NCBI GenBank assembly: GCA_963771355.1
Contig: CAVYTA010000004.1
Coordinates: 160,001 to 224,000, forward strand
Length of the DNA stretch: 64,000 nt
Origin: an uncultured Candidatus Rokubacteria bacterium
GTDB lineage: Bacteria > Methylomirabilota > Methylomirabilia > Rokubacteriales > CSP1-6
Reading direction: 5' to 3'
Both the position numbers and the translations under genes were made by a program. The notes under the pieces are model-generated. The model was not told where the DNA came from and did no database searches. It was given only the letters and a program-made list of their open reading frames with translations. Below, piece by piece: positions 8,947-18,432 of the stretch. How positions within the stretch are numbered: the stretch's first letter is position 1; every line of letters starts with the position of its first letter.

Positions 8947-10260
8947 ATGGCCCGAGCGAGCAAGGCCCCCGCCGCGTCGCCCCGGCAGGTCACTCCCGAC
9001 GCCGTGGACCCCCAGCACCGCTGGGACCGGCCCATCCAGGCGCCCGGCCACATGCAGGTGGACTTCGAGGAGCGCGTCGACTTCCGGCGGCTCCACGCCT
9101 ATCGCCTGGGGCGCACGCGGCAGGCGCTGGCCCGCTCCGAGCTGGGCGCGCTGCTGACCTTCGACCAGCACAATATCCGCTACATCTCGAGCACGGTGAT
9201 CGGGGAGTGGGCGCGTGACAAGCTCATCCGGTACTGCCTTCTCACCGGCAACGGCGAGCCCTGGGTGTGGGATTTCGGCTCGGCCGCACGTCACCATCGC
9301 CTCCACGCCCCCTGGCTCGATCCCACCCACTGCATCGCCGGCATGGTCGGCATGCGCGGCGCGGTGTCGCCCCGGGCGGGGCTGTTCGAGCGCGCCGCGC
9401 GCGAGATCAAGGACATCCTCGTGCGGGAGGGCGTGGCGGGGATGCCCCTGGGCATCGACGTGGTGGAGCCGCCCTTTCTCTTCGCGCTGCAGAAAGAGGG
9501 TATCGAGGTACGCGACGGGCAGCAGGTGATGCTGGAGGCGCGCGTCATCAAGAGCGCCGACGAGCTGACGCTGCTGAACATGGCAGCGGCCATGGGCGAC
9601 GGCGTCTACCAGGACATCTTCGAGGCGCTCAAACCCGGGGTGCGCGAGATCGAAATCGTGGCCCTGGCCAACAAGCGGCTCTACGAGATGGGCTCGGACT
9701 GCGTGGAGGCCATCAACGCCATCTCCGGCGAGCGCTGCTCGCCGCACCCGCACAACTTCACCGATCGCCTCATCCGTCCGGGCGACCAGGCGTTCTTCGA
9801 CATCATCCAGTCCTTCGTGGGCTACCGCACGTGCTACTACCGGACCTTCAGTGTGGGGCGGGCTACCGCGCCCCAGCAGTCGGCCTACAAGAAGGCACGC
9901 GAGTGGATGGACAGCGCCATCGCGCTCATCAAGCCGGGCGTGGGTACGGACCGCATCGCGAAGTGCTTCCCCCGGGCGCAGGAGATCGGCTTCGAGAGCG
10001 AGATGGCGGCCTTCGGGCTCAACTTCTGCCACGGCCTGGGTCTGGGTCTCCACGAGCGTCCCATCATCTCGCGCTTGAATTCACTGGAGGATCCGATGGA
10101 GCTCGAGGCCGGCATGGTCTTCGCGGTGGAGACTTACTGCCCCGCCTCGGACGGCATCTCCGCCGCCCGCATCGAGGAGGAGGTCATCGTGACGCCGAAG
10201 GGCGCCCAGATCATCACGCTGTTCCCCGCGGATACGCTGCCCATCGCCAACCGGTACTAG
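8947..10260 (+). CDS. M24 family (Xaa-Pro peptidase/creatinase-like) hydrolase
   Basis: NIRY, EARVIKSADE, CHGLGLGLHERP, GMVFAVET, RIEEEVIVT pita-bread fold motifs. Confidence 0.9.
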   Translation: MARASKAPAASPRQVTPDAVDPQHRWDRPIQAPGHMQVDFEERVDFRRLHAYRLGRTRQALARSELGALLTFDQHNIRYISSTVIGEWARDKLIRYCLLTGNGEPWVWDFGSAARHHRLHAPWLDPTHCIAGMVGMRGAVSPRAGLFERAAREIKDILVREGVAGMPLGIDVVEPPFLFALQKEGIEVRDGQQVMLEARVIKSADELTLLNMAAAMGDGVYQDIFEALKPGVREIEIVALANKRLYEMGSDCVEAINAISGERCSPHPHNFTDRLIRPGDQAFFDIIQSFVGYRTCYYRTFSVGRATAPQQSAYKKAREWMDSAIALIKPGVGTDRIAKCFPRAQEIGFESEMAAFGLNFCHGLGLGLHERPIISRLNSLEDPMELEAGMVFAVETYCPASDGISAARIEEEVIVTPKGAQIITLFPADTLPIANRY

Positions 10261-10267
10261 ACGCGCG

Positions 10268-11467
10268 GTGCTCGACTCCGCCGGCGCGATCTTCCGCGTC
10301 TTCCTGCGTCTCGGCCTCACCTCGTTCGGCGGGCCCATCGCGCACCTCGGCTACTTTCGCCGTGAGTTCGTCGAGCGGCGCCGGTGGCTCAGCGAGTCGG
10401 CCTACGCGGATCTCGTCGCGCTCTGCCAGTTCCTGCCGGGGCCCGCGTCCAGCCAGGTGGGCTTCGCGGTGGGGCTGTCGCGTGGCGGACTCGCCGGCGG
10501 CCTCGCCGCCTGGGCGGGGTTCACCTTGCCCTCGGCAATCGCGCTCACGCTCTTCGCCCTGGGTGCGGGCGGCATCACAGGCCCCGCCGGCCTGGGGGCG
10601 CTTCACGGGCTCAAGGTGGTCGCCGTCGCCGTCGTCGCCCAGGCGGTGTGGGGAATGGCACGCGCCCTCTGTCCCGATCGCGAGCGGGCCAGCATCGCGG
10701 TGCTGGCCACCCTCGTGGTGTTCTTCGCCGCGACGTCGGCGGGCCAGATCGGCGCCATCGTGCTGGGTGGCGTGCTCGGCCTCTGGCGGTGCCGCGACGC
10801 ACCGGGAGCGCCCACCGGTGGGCTGCCGGTGGCGGTGCCGCGCGGGGTCGCCTCGGCCTGTCTCGCCGCGTTCTTCCTGCTGCTGGTCGGACTCCCGCTC
10901 GCGGTCCGACTCGGGGCGGGGCATGCCGTCGAGGTGTTCGAGGCGTTCTATCGTGCGGGCGCGCTCGTCTTCGGGGGCGGGCACGTCGTGCTCCCGCTCC
11001 TGGAGGCGGCGGTGGTGCCGCCGGGCTGGGTGAGCGAGGGCGCGTTTCTCGCCGGCTACGGCGCCGCCCAGGCGGTGCCGGGTCCGCTCTTCACCTTCGC
11101 CGCGTATCTGGGCGCGGTGATGCGGCCGCCGCCGAACGGCTGGGCCGGGGCCGCGCTTGGTCTCATCGCGATCTTCCTGCCCGGGCTCCTGGTGGTGACG
11201 GGCGCGCTGCCGTTCTGGGACGCGTTCCGGCGCCGGACCTGGGCGCAGTCGGCCATGCGCGGCGTCAACGCTGCGGTGGTGGGCATTCTCCTGGCCGCTC
11301 TCTACAGCCCGGTCTGGACCAGCGCCGTGCTCGGCCCGCCGGACTTCGCCCTCGCGCTGGTGGCCTTCGTGCTCCTCACCGTGTGGCACGCGCCCCCCTG
11401 GATGGTGGTGGCGCTGACGGCCGCGGCGGGCGCCGCGCTCGGTCTGGGAGGAATGGGGCGAGGGTGA
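10268..11467 (+). CDS. chrA: Chromate efflux transporter (long-chain CHR)
   Basis: GLTSFGGPIAHLG, QFLPGPASSQ, VFGGGHVVLPLL, AQAVPGP. Confidence 0.93.
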   Translation: MLDSAGAIFRVFLRLGLTSFGGPIAHLGYFRREFVERRRWLSESAYADLVALCQFLPGPASSQVGFAVGLSRGGLAGGLAAWAGFTLPSAIALTLFALGAGGITGPAGLGALHGLKVVAVAVVAQAVWGMARALCPDRERASIAVLATLVVFFAATSAGQIGAIVLGGVLGLWRCRDAPGAPTGGLPVAVPRGVASACLAAFFLLLVGLPLAVRLGAGHAVEVFEAFYRAGALVFGGGHVVLPLLEAAVVPPGWVSEGAFLAGYGAAQAVPGPLFTFAAYLGAVMRPPPNGWAGAALGLIAIFLPGLLVVTGALPFWDAFRRRTWAQSAMRGVNAAVVGILLAALYSPVWTSAVLGPPDFALALVAFVLLTVWHAPPWMVVALTAAAGAALGLGGMGRG

Positions 11468-11497
11468 CGGGGGCGGCCGGAAGGCCGGCCGCCCCCG
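11468..11497. terminator. GC-rich hairpin between convergent chrA and trxA
   Basis: CGGGGGCGGCCGG-AAGG-CCGGCCGCCCCCG, perfect 13-bp stem; no U-tract. Confidence 0.55.
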
Positions 11498-11515
11498 AGG
11501 GGTTCCGTGACTCGC

Positions 11516-11860
11516 TCAGGCGAGCGAGGTGAGCTTCTTCTGGATCTCCGGTCTCGGCACCGCGCCGATCATGGTGTCGCGCACCTTCCCGTCCTTCACG
11601 AAGAGAATGGTCGGGATGGAGCGGACCCCGAAGCGCGCGGCCAGCGCGGGATACGTGTCCACGTTCACCTTGGCCAGGGTGACCTTCCCGCCGGACGTCC
11701 GGGCCAGATCCTCGAGCACGGGCCCCACCGCGCGGCAGGGGCCGCACCACTCCGCCCAGAAATCCACCATCAGGACGCCCTCGGCGGTCGCGAAGGCCTC
11801 GTCGAAGGTCTTGTCGTCGAGATGCAGCACACTCGGATCAGTCATGGGTATCGCCTCCAC
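11516..11860 (-). CDS. trxA: Thioredoxin
   Basis: DFWAEWCGPC, KVNVD, SIPT motifs. Confidence 0.96.
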   Translation of the reverse strand: MEAIPMTDPSVLHLDDKTFDEAFATAEGVLMVDFWAEWCGPCRAVGPVLEDLARTSGGKVTLAKVNVDTYPALAARFGVRSIPTILFVKDGKVRDTMIGAVPRPEIQKKLTSLA

Positions 11861-11959
11861 GGTTGAGATGCCGGCCCCCCGGCGCCGGGTTCACGGCCGG
11901 CCGCCCCCGGCGCCGGGCGAATCGCCGACGCCGACTATCGCATCGTAAGAACAGCACCC

Positions 11960-12895
11960 CTAGGCCGGGGGCTCCGCCCCGGTGCGGTCGATGATCAGCC
12001 GGTAGTGCTCGGGGCGGCGGTGCCGCGCGAAGTTGAACACGGTCTCCTTGTAGGAGCGGGCGGCGTCGAGATCGCAGCGGGCGGTCACGAGCTCGTCCCC
12101 CAGCGTCGCGCACATCGCCACGATCTCTCCCGAGGGCGCGATGATGGCGCTCTGGCCGATCATGTCGCAGCCCTCCTCCCGGCCGCACTTGGCCACGCCC
12201 ACCACCCAGGTCGCGTTCTGGTAGGCGCCCGCCTGCATCACCAGGTGATTGTGGAAGGGGCCGAGCAGATCGTGCTCGGGGGCGGGCGGATTGTGCACCG
12301 GCGTGTTGTAGCCGAGGCAGATCAGCTCCACTCCCTGCAGGCCCATGACCCGATACGTCTCGGGCCAGCGCCGGTCATTGCAGATGCACATGCCCACGAT
12401 GCCGTCGAAGGCGCGCCACACCGGGAAGCCCAGGGTGCCCACGTCGAAGTAGCGCTTCTCGAGATGCTGGAAGGCGCGGTAGGGCTCGTGTTCCGCGTGC
12501 CCCGGGAGGTGGATCTTTCGATACTTGCCGATGAGCGATCCCCGGCGGTCCACCAGGATGGACGTGTTGTAGCGCCGGGTCCGGCCCGCTTCCTGCGTGA
12601 GCTCGGCGTAGCCGAGACAGACACCGATGCCGAGCCGCTGGGCCTCATCGAAGAGCGGGCGTGTCTCCGGGCCGGGCATCTCGCGCTCGAAGAAGGCGTC
12701 GATCTCCCCCTGGTCCTCCATCCACCAGCGGGGGAAGAAGGTGGTGAGCGCCAGCTCGGGATACACGATCAGATCGCACCCGCGGGCGTGGGCCTGGCCG
12801 AGGAGCGCGAGGAGGCGCTTGACCACCTCGCCGCGCGATTCGCTCCGCGCGATGGGCCCGAGCTGAGCGGCGCCGACGGTGAGGACGCGGGCCAT
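11960..12895 (-). CDS. N-carbamoyl-D-amino acid amidohydrolase (nitrilase superfamily)
   Basis: PELALTTFFPRW, YRKIHLPGH, FQHLEKRYF, ICNDRRWPE (E-K-C triad). Confidence 0.92.
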   Translation of the reverse strand: MARVLTVGAAQLGPIARSESRGEVVKRLLALLGQAHARGCDLIVYPELALTTFFPRWWMEDQGEIDAFFEREMPGPETRPLFDEAQRLGIGVCLGYAELTQEAGRTRRYNTSILVDRRGSLIGKYRKIHLPGHAEHEPYRAFQHLEKRYFDVGTLGFPVWRAFDGIVGMCICNDRRWPETYRVMGLQGVELICLGYNTPVHNPPAPEHDLLGPFHNHLVMQAGAYQNATWVVGVAKCGREEGCDMIGQSAIIAPSGEIVAMCATLGDELVTARCDLDAARSYKETVFNFARHRRPEHYRLIIDRTGAEPPA

Positions 12896-13386
12896 CAGGC
12901 CACCCGCCGCGCGGCGCGCGGCGCGGTGAGGTCTGCGCGACGGTAGTCGAGGCGATGCCGGCCGCGCCGGCCGTCACGGGCCAGCAGCCGGATCAGCAGG
13001 CGCTCCAGGCCGCCCACGACCACGTCGAGGCGGCCGCACACCCACGAGCCGAGCCGCCAGCCCAGTGCCCGCCGGATCCCCGCGCGCAGTCGGTTCAGGC
13101 CCAGCGCCTCGTGGCGGTAGTCGCGGAGCCAGTCGAGCTGCCAGGGGAGACGCGGATCCGCGTCGAGCTGCCACTTCTCGCGGAAGCGGCAGAGGGTGGA
13201 CAGGTTCCACGCGTCGCTCCAGCGGAGCAGGAAGAAGCCGAGACGGCGCACCGGTCGCGGCGAGCCGGCATCCACGTACACGAGCGAGAACGGGGCGGCG
13301 GTGCGCTCGTAGAGGACGTCGAGGGCGCGCGCGGCCATGCTGAAGCGCTCGCGAGGGACGACGACCACGGTGACCGGGAGTGCCAT
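12895..13386 (-). pseudogene. Internally deleted glycosyltransferase family 2-like gene (in frame, 163 aa)
   Basis: GT2 N-terminus (VTVVVVPRERFS...LVYVDAGSP) joins directly to FFLLRWSDAW...FREKW; no DXD-containing core. Confidence 0.6.
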
Positions 13387-13512
13387 GGAGAAGCGATTGT
13401 CGCATATCCGATGCGTATAATCGCGCCATGCCCGATCCCGCGCGGCGCCACGCCTTCGAAGCCTCCGAGCCCCTGGTGCGCGCACGGGCCTCCGTCGGCT
13501 AGAATTGCCGCC

Positions 13513-14683
13513 ATGACCATCAAGGGCAAGGCCTATATCGCCGGCATCTACGAGCATCCCACTCGCAAGGCGGACGACAAGTCGCTGGCCCAGCTCCACG
13601 CCGAGGTGGCCAAGGGCGCGCTGGAAGACGCGGGGCTCACCCGCGCCGACGTGGACGGCTACTTCTGCGCCGGTGACGCGCCCGGCCTGGGCCCGCTCTC
13701 GCTGGTGGACTACATGGGGCTCCAAGGTGCGCCACATGGACACCACCGAGACCGGCGGCTCGTCCTACGTGATCCACGTGGGCCATGCCGCGGAAGCCAT
13801 CGCCGCCGGGAAGTGCAGCGTGGCGCTCATCACGCTGGCGGGCCGGCCGCGTGCGGAGGGCATGGCCACCGGCACCGCGCCCCGCAACTACGGGTCGGCG
13901 GCCCCGGATGTGCAGTTCGAGTATCCTTTCGGGCCCACGGTGGTGAACATGTACGCCATGGCCGCCCAGCGCCACATGCACGAGTTCGGCACCACCAGCG
14001 CCCAGCTCGCGTGGATCAAGGTGGCGGCCTCGCATCACGCCCAGCACAATCCCCACGCGCTCCTGCGCGAGGTGGTCACGGTGGACGAGGTGGTCAATTC
14101 GCCGATGATCGCCGACCCGCTGCACCGGCTGGACTGCTGCGTGATCACCGACGGCGGCGGCGCCCTCGTGGTGGTGTCGCCCGAGGTGGCGAAGCGGCTC
14201 CGGCGCCCGCGCGTCCGCCTGCTCGGCGCGGGAGAGGCGCCCAAGCATCAGATGGGCGGCAAGATCGACCTCACCTATACCGGCGCCGCCCGCTCGGGCG
14301 CCATGGCCTTCGCGGAGGCCGGCGTCACGCCCGCGGACATCCAGTACGTGTCCATCTACGACAGCTTCACCATCACGGTGCTGATCTGCCTGGAGGACCT
14401 CGGCTTCTGCCCCAAGGGCGGGGGCGGGCGATTCGTGGCCGACGGCAATCTGATCTCCGGCCAGGGCCGGCTGCCCTTCAATACCGATGGCGGCGGCCTC
14501 TGCAACAACCATCCCGCCAATCGCGGCGGCATGACCAAGGTGATCGAGGCGGTGCGCCAGCTCCGCGGCGAGGCGCATCCGAAGGTGCAGGTGCCGAGCT
14601 GCCGCCTGGCCCTGGCCCACGGCACCGGCGGCTCGCTCGGCACGCGGCACGGCAGCGCCACCGTCATCCTGGAGCGGGAGTAA
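13513..14683 (+). pseudogene. Thiolase-like protein (SCP2/Ltp2 type), frameshifted at ~13722
   Basis: MTIKGKAYIAGIYEHP...DYMGL in one frame, KVRHMDTTETGGSS...DCCVITDGGGA...YDSFT...EAVRQLRG in the next; removing one C from CTCCAAG restores one ORF. Confidence 0.85.
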
Positions 14684-14686
14684 GCC

Positions 14687-15091
14687 ATGGCCCCCCCCAT
14701 GGCATCTAAGGAGCGCACGTATCCCGCCCCCGAGCCCAATCCCGAGACCAAGCGTTTCTGGGAGGCGGCCGCGCAAGGCCAGCTCCTCCTCAAGAAGTGT
14801 GGAGACTGCGGCGAGGTCCACTACTATCCGCGTGCGCTGTGCCCCTTCTGCGGGAGTGACCGCACCGACTGGCAGCCGGCGTCGGGCCGGGGCACCGTCT
14901 ATTCCTGGAGCGTGATGCGGCGGGCAGAGACCCCCTACGCCATCGCTTACGTCACGCTGGACGAGGGCGTGACCATGATGACCAATATCGTGGACTGCGA
15001 TCTCGACGGCATCCGCATCGGCCAGCCGGTGCGAGTCGTGTTCAAGCCCACCGCGGGCGGACCGCCGCTGCCGGCCTTCACCCCCGCATGA
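14687..15091 (+). CDS. DUF35 family Zn-ribbon/OB-fold protein
   Basis: FWEAA, CGDCG...YPRALCPFCG, GRGTVYSW, GVTMMTNIV; follows the thiolase-like gene. Confidence 0.92.
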   Translation: MAPPMASKERTYPAPEPNPETKRFWEAAAQGQLLLKKCGDCGEVHYYPRALCPFCGSDRTDWQPASGRGTVYSWSVMRRAETPYAIAYVTLDEGVTMMTNIVDCDLDGIRIGQPVRVVFKPTAGGPPLPAFTPA

Positions 15092-15927
15092 GCGCGGCAT
15101 CACTCGTCGTCGAGCCGGTGGCCGGCGCCCTGGGCGCCGAGCTCTCCGGTGTCGATCTGACCCGGCCGCTCTCGTCCGAGACGGTGGCCGCCATCCGCCG
15201 CGCCTGGCTCGAGCACGGCGTGATCTTCTTCCGGGAGCAGGATCTGCCGCCGGCCACCTTCCTCGAGTTCGCGCGACAGTTCGGGGAGCCGATCGAGTAT
15301 CCCTTCGTGAAGGGGCTGCCCGAGCATCCCGAGATCATCCCGGTGCTCAAGCTGGCCAGCGAGCGCATCAACTTCGGCGGCCTCTGGCATTCCGACACCA
15401 CCTACCTCGACCTGCCGCCCATGGCCTCGATGCTGATCGCGCGGGAAGTGCCGCCCGCCGGCGGCGACACCCTCTTCGCCAGCATGTATCTGGCCTACGA
15501 GGCCCTCTCCGAGGGAATGAAGCGGCTCCTGGAGGGGCTGAGGGGCATCAATAGCTCCGCGAGCGCGGACGCGTCCAAGACGCGCGAGGATCGGCTGAAG
15601 GACAATGCGCGGGAGGACGCGCGCACGGAGTACGTGGCCCACCATCCCATCGTGCGCACCCATCCCGAGACCGGGCGCAGGGCGCTGTACGTCAACGTCG
15701 GGCATACGGTGGGTATCGAGGGGCTGAGCCGCGAGGAGAGCGCGCCCATCCTCGACTATCTCTTCCGCCATCAGATCCGGCCCGAGTTCACCTGTCGCTT
15801 CCGCTGGCGGCCCCGCTCCATCGCCTTCTGGGACAATCGCTGTGTGCAGCACAACGCCGTGAACGACTACCACGGGCACCGGCGTCTCATGCACCGGATC
15901 ACGCTGGGCGGCGACAAGCCCCGCTGA
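15088..15927 (+). CDS. TauD/TfdA family 2-oxoglutarate-dependent dioxygenase
   Basis: WHSDTT (HxD), GGDTLFA, HPIVRTHPETGR, WDNRCVQH. Confidence 0.93.
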   Translation: MSAASLVVEPVAGALGAELSGVDLTRPLSSETVAAIRRAWLEHGVIFFREQDLPPATFLEFARQFGEPIEYPFVKGLPEHPEIIPVLKLASERINFGGLWHSDTTYLDLPPMASMLIAREVPPAGGDTLFASMYLAYEALSEGMKRLLEGLRGINSSASADASKTREDRLKDNAREDARTEYVAHHPIVRTHPETGRRALYVNVGHTVGIEGLSREESAPILDYLFRHQIRPEFTCRFRWRPRSIAFWDNRCVQHNAVNDYHGHRRLMHRITLGGDKPR

Positions 15928-15943
15928 CGGCGGCGCTCCGCCC

Positions 15944-15972
15944 GAAGGCCGGCGGCCGCCCGGGCGGCCTTC
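15944..15972 (+). terminator. GC-rich hairpin after the TauD gene
   Basis: GAAGGCCG...CGGCCTTC overlapping the 16-bp palindrome GGCCGCCCGGGCGGCC. Confidence 0.45.
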
Positions 15973-16029
15973 CCTCCGTCTGTAAGCACAGTGCGACGCA
16001 ACCGCCCGCGAAATCACATCGGAAGCGCG

Positions 16030-16045
16030 TGGCACACCTCCTGCT
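16030..16045 (+). promoter_or_regulatory. Sigma-54 (-24/-12) promoter
   Basis: TGGCAC-ACCTC-CTGCT; one mismatch to TGGCAC-N5-TTGCW, about 80 nt upstream of ATG 16126. Confidence 0.65.
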
Positions 16046-16125
16046 GTCCTTGTCCCCCTGTGCCCGGCGGACTCAGGGGTCGCGGCGAATGACTGACCGC
16101 TATAGACGGTAGGAGGAGACGAGGA

Positions 16126-16611
16126 ATGGCTGAGCAGACGATCGAGCAGCTCCTGCCCGATGTGGCCGCCCGGCTTCGCGCCGGTGGCCGGGTGGCCGAT
16201 ATCGGCTGCGGGGCGTGGAAGTCGGGCATCGAGCTCGCGCAGGAGTTCCCGCGTGTCCGCGTGGACGCGGTGGACACGGACCGGGACGCCGTCGAGACAG
16301 CGAGCTGGGCGGCCGGGCGGGCCGGCGTGAGCGGCCGCCTGGTCTTTCATGTCGCGTCACCCGAGGACGCGCCGCTCACCGGTCCATACGACCTGGTGGC
16401 GGCGCTGGACGATCACGACGACCTCGCGCACTCGCTGCGCGCGCTCCGCCGCATGCGCCAGCTCGCCAGCCCCGGCGGCACGGTGCTGGTGGCGGCGGCG
16501 CGGGGGGATGCTCTGGTCGACGCCGTGTATGCCCGCGCGGCGGGCTTCAGGCAGGTGGACCTCTTGCCCGGCGCCGCCGCGACGCATCACTTCTTCCGGC
16601 TCACGCCGTAG
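16126..16611 (+). CDS. Short class I SAM-dependent methyltransferase-like protein
   Basis: RVADIGCGAW motif I variant, VDAVD, GPYDLV, PGGTVLV; AGGAGGAG RBS. Confidence 0.7.
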   Translation: MAEQTIEQLLPDVAARLRAGGRVADIGCGAWKSGIELAQEFPRVRVDAVDTDRDAVETASWAAGRAGVSGRLVFHVASPEDAPLTGPYDLVAALDDHDDLAHSLRALRRMRQLASPGGTVLVAAARGDALVDAVYARAAGFRQVDLLPGAAATHHFFRLTP

Positions 16612-16646
16612 GTGTAGTGGATCATGACCCGCAAAGGAGGTCTCCC

Positions 16647-18338
16647 ATGACCAGGCGCTCCCTGCTCGCTCCGCTCATCGTGGTCCTTCTCTTCGCCGCG
16701 GGCTGCGCCGGCCAGTCCGAGCATGCTCATTCGACCGCGCCGGGGGCCGCCGCGCCGGCCACCGGACCGTCGTCGGCCGCGCTCGGTGGTCCTCCGCCGC
16801 TCTGGAAGAATCTCGGGAGCTATTCGCATCCGGTCACCACCGTCTCGTCGCGGTCACAGGCGTATTTCGACCAGGGCCTCAGGCTGACCTACGGGTTCAA
16901 CCATTGGGAAGCCCAGCGGTCCTTCCGCGAGGCGGCGCGTGTCGATCCTGCCTGCGCCATGTGCCAGTGGGGCGTCGCCATCACCTACGGCTCCAACTAC
17001 AACGACCCCACCAATCCAGAGCGCGAGCAGGGGGCGCTGGCCGCGGCGCAGAAGGCGCAGGCCCTCGCGGCGACGGCGACCCCGGCCGAGCGCGCCCTCA
17101 TCGAGGCGCTGGTCAAGCGGCATCAGCCCGGCGGCGAGCGCGTCACGCTCGATCGGGCCTATGCCGACGCCATGCGCGACGTTTCCCAGCGCTTCCCGGA
17201 CGATCTCGAGGCCGCCACCTTCTTCGCGGACGCCATGATGAACCTGCGGCCGTGGAATCTCTGGACCCCGGAGGGCCAGCCACAGCCGGGGACGGAGGAG
17301 ATCGTCCGTACGCTGGAAGGCGTGCTGGCAAAGAATCCGAATCATCCCGGGGCGCTCCACCTCTATATCCACGCGGTGGAGGCCAGCCAGACACCGGGCC
17401 GCGCCGCCGAGGCCGCCGACCGGCTGCGGGGCCTCATGCCCGGCGCCGGGCATCTCGTGCACATGCCGTCCCACATCTACCTCCGGGTGGGACGCTACGA
17501 CGAGTCGGTCACCGCAAACGTCCGGGCGGCGGAGGCGGACCGCGCCTACTTCCGGGAGGGCATGCCCAGCCCCATCTACCGCGGCATGTACTACCCGCAC
17601 AATCTCGACTTCATCTGGCATGCCGCCAGCATGGACGGGCGGGGCGCGGACACGGTGCGCGCGGCGCGCGACTTCGCCGGCGAGGTGCCGCTTCCGATGC
17701 TGCGCAAGATGTCGGACATGGAGACGGCGCCCGCCGCGCCCATCTTCGCGCTGGCCCGCTTCGGCCGCTGGGAGGAGATCCTGCGCGAGCCGGCGCCGCC
17801 GGCCGACCTGCCCTACTGGCGGGGCGTCTGGCACTATAGCCGCGGGCTCGCCTTTGCGAGCACGGGACGGTCGCCCGAGGCCCAGCGCGAGCTGGCCGCG
17901 CTCCAGACGGTGCGCGACGGCGTGCCGGAAGCCCGCACGCTGGCCGGATTCTTCAAGACGCGCGAGATGCTCACTCTCGCCGTCGAGGTGCTGTCCGGCG
18001 AGCTCGCCGCGCGCCGCGGCGAGGGAGACGCCGCCGTGCGCCACCTCGCCGAGGCCGCGCGCATCCAGGACGGTCACTGGTTCACCGAGCCGCCGCCCTG
18101 GTATTTCCCCGTGCGCCAGTCCCTCGGCGCCATCCTGCTGTCCGCCCGCCGCCCCGCCGAGGCGGAAGCGGTGTATCGCGAGGACCTGCGCCGCAATCCG
18201 GAGAACGGCTGGTCGCTCTTCGGCCTCGCGCAGGCGCTCCGCGCGCAGGGCAAGACCGACGAGGCCACCACCACCGACGCGCGATTCCGTCGCGCCTGGG
18301 CCCGTGCCGACGTCACGCTGACCTCGTCGCGCTTCTAG
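16647..18338 (+). CDS. TPR-repeat lipoprotein
   Basis: AAAGGAGG RBS, lipobox AAGC, YFDQGL...GFNH, HPGALHLYIH, GHLVHMPSHIY, TPR AEAVYREDL..NPENGWSLFGL. Confidence 0.85.
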   Translation: MTRRSLLAPLIVVLLFAAGCAGQSEHAHSTAPGAAAPATGPSSAALGGPPPLWKNLGSYSHPVTTVSSRSQAYFDQGLRLTYGFNHWEAQRSFREAARVDPACAMCQWGVAITYGSNYNDPTNPEREQGALAAAQKAQALAATATPAERALIEALVKRHQPGGERVTLDRAYADAMRDVSQRFPDDLEAATFFADAMMNLRPWNLWTPEGQPQPGTEEIVRTLEGVLAKNPNHPGALHLYIHAVEASQTPGRAAEAADRLRGLMPGAGHLVHMPSHIYLRVGRYDESVTANVRAAEADRAYFREGMPSPIYRGMYYPHNLDFIWHAASMDGRGADTVRAARDFAGEVPLPMLRKMSDMETAPAAPIFALARFGRWEEILREPAPPADLPYWRGVWHYSRGLAFASTGRSPEAQRELAALQTVRDGVPEARTLAGFFKTREMLTLAVEVLSGELAARRGEGDAAVRHLAEAARIQDGHWFTEPPPWYFPVRQSLGAILLSARRPAEAEAVYREDLRRNPENGWSLFGLAQALRAQGKTDEATTTDARFRRAWARADVTLTSSRF

Positions 18339-18348
18339 CCGAGCCGGG

Positions 18349-18413
18349 CCGTCGCCGCGACGGGGTCCCGAAGGCGGGCGGGATTTGCGTCGCGGCGACG
18401 GGGCGGGTAGAGT
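18349..18413 (+). promoter_or_regulatory. 14-bp inverted repeat overlapping a sigma-70-type promoter
   Basis: CCGTCGCCGCGACG (18349-18362) / CGTCGCGGCGACGG (18388-18401); TTGCGT-N17-TAGAGT at 18385-18413. Confidence 0.5.
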
Positions 18414-18432
18414 GGATGGCCAGGAGGGACCG

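Noticed and set aside
11483..11909. 15-bp direct repeat GGCCGGCCGCCCCCG flanking trxA (11483 and 11895) as a possible att site or target duplication
   Set aside because: All-GC low-complexity match, one copy is a hairpin arm, and no recombinase or transposase is nearby.
13715..13730. Programmed ribosomal frameshifting at the three frameshift sites
   Set aside because: No slippery heptamer, stop-adjacent shift site or shared context, and these families are not known to use recoding.
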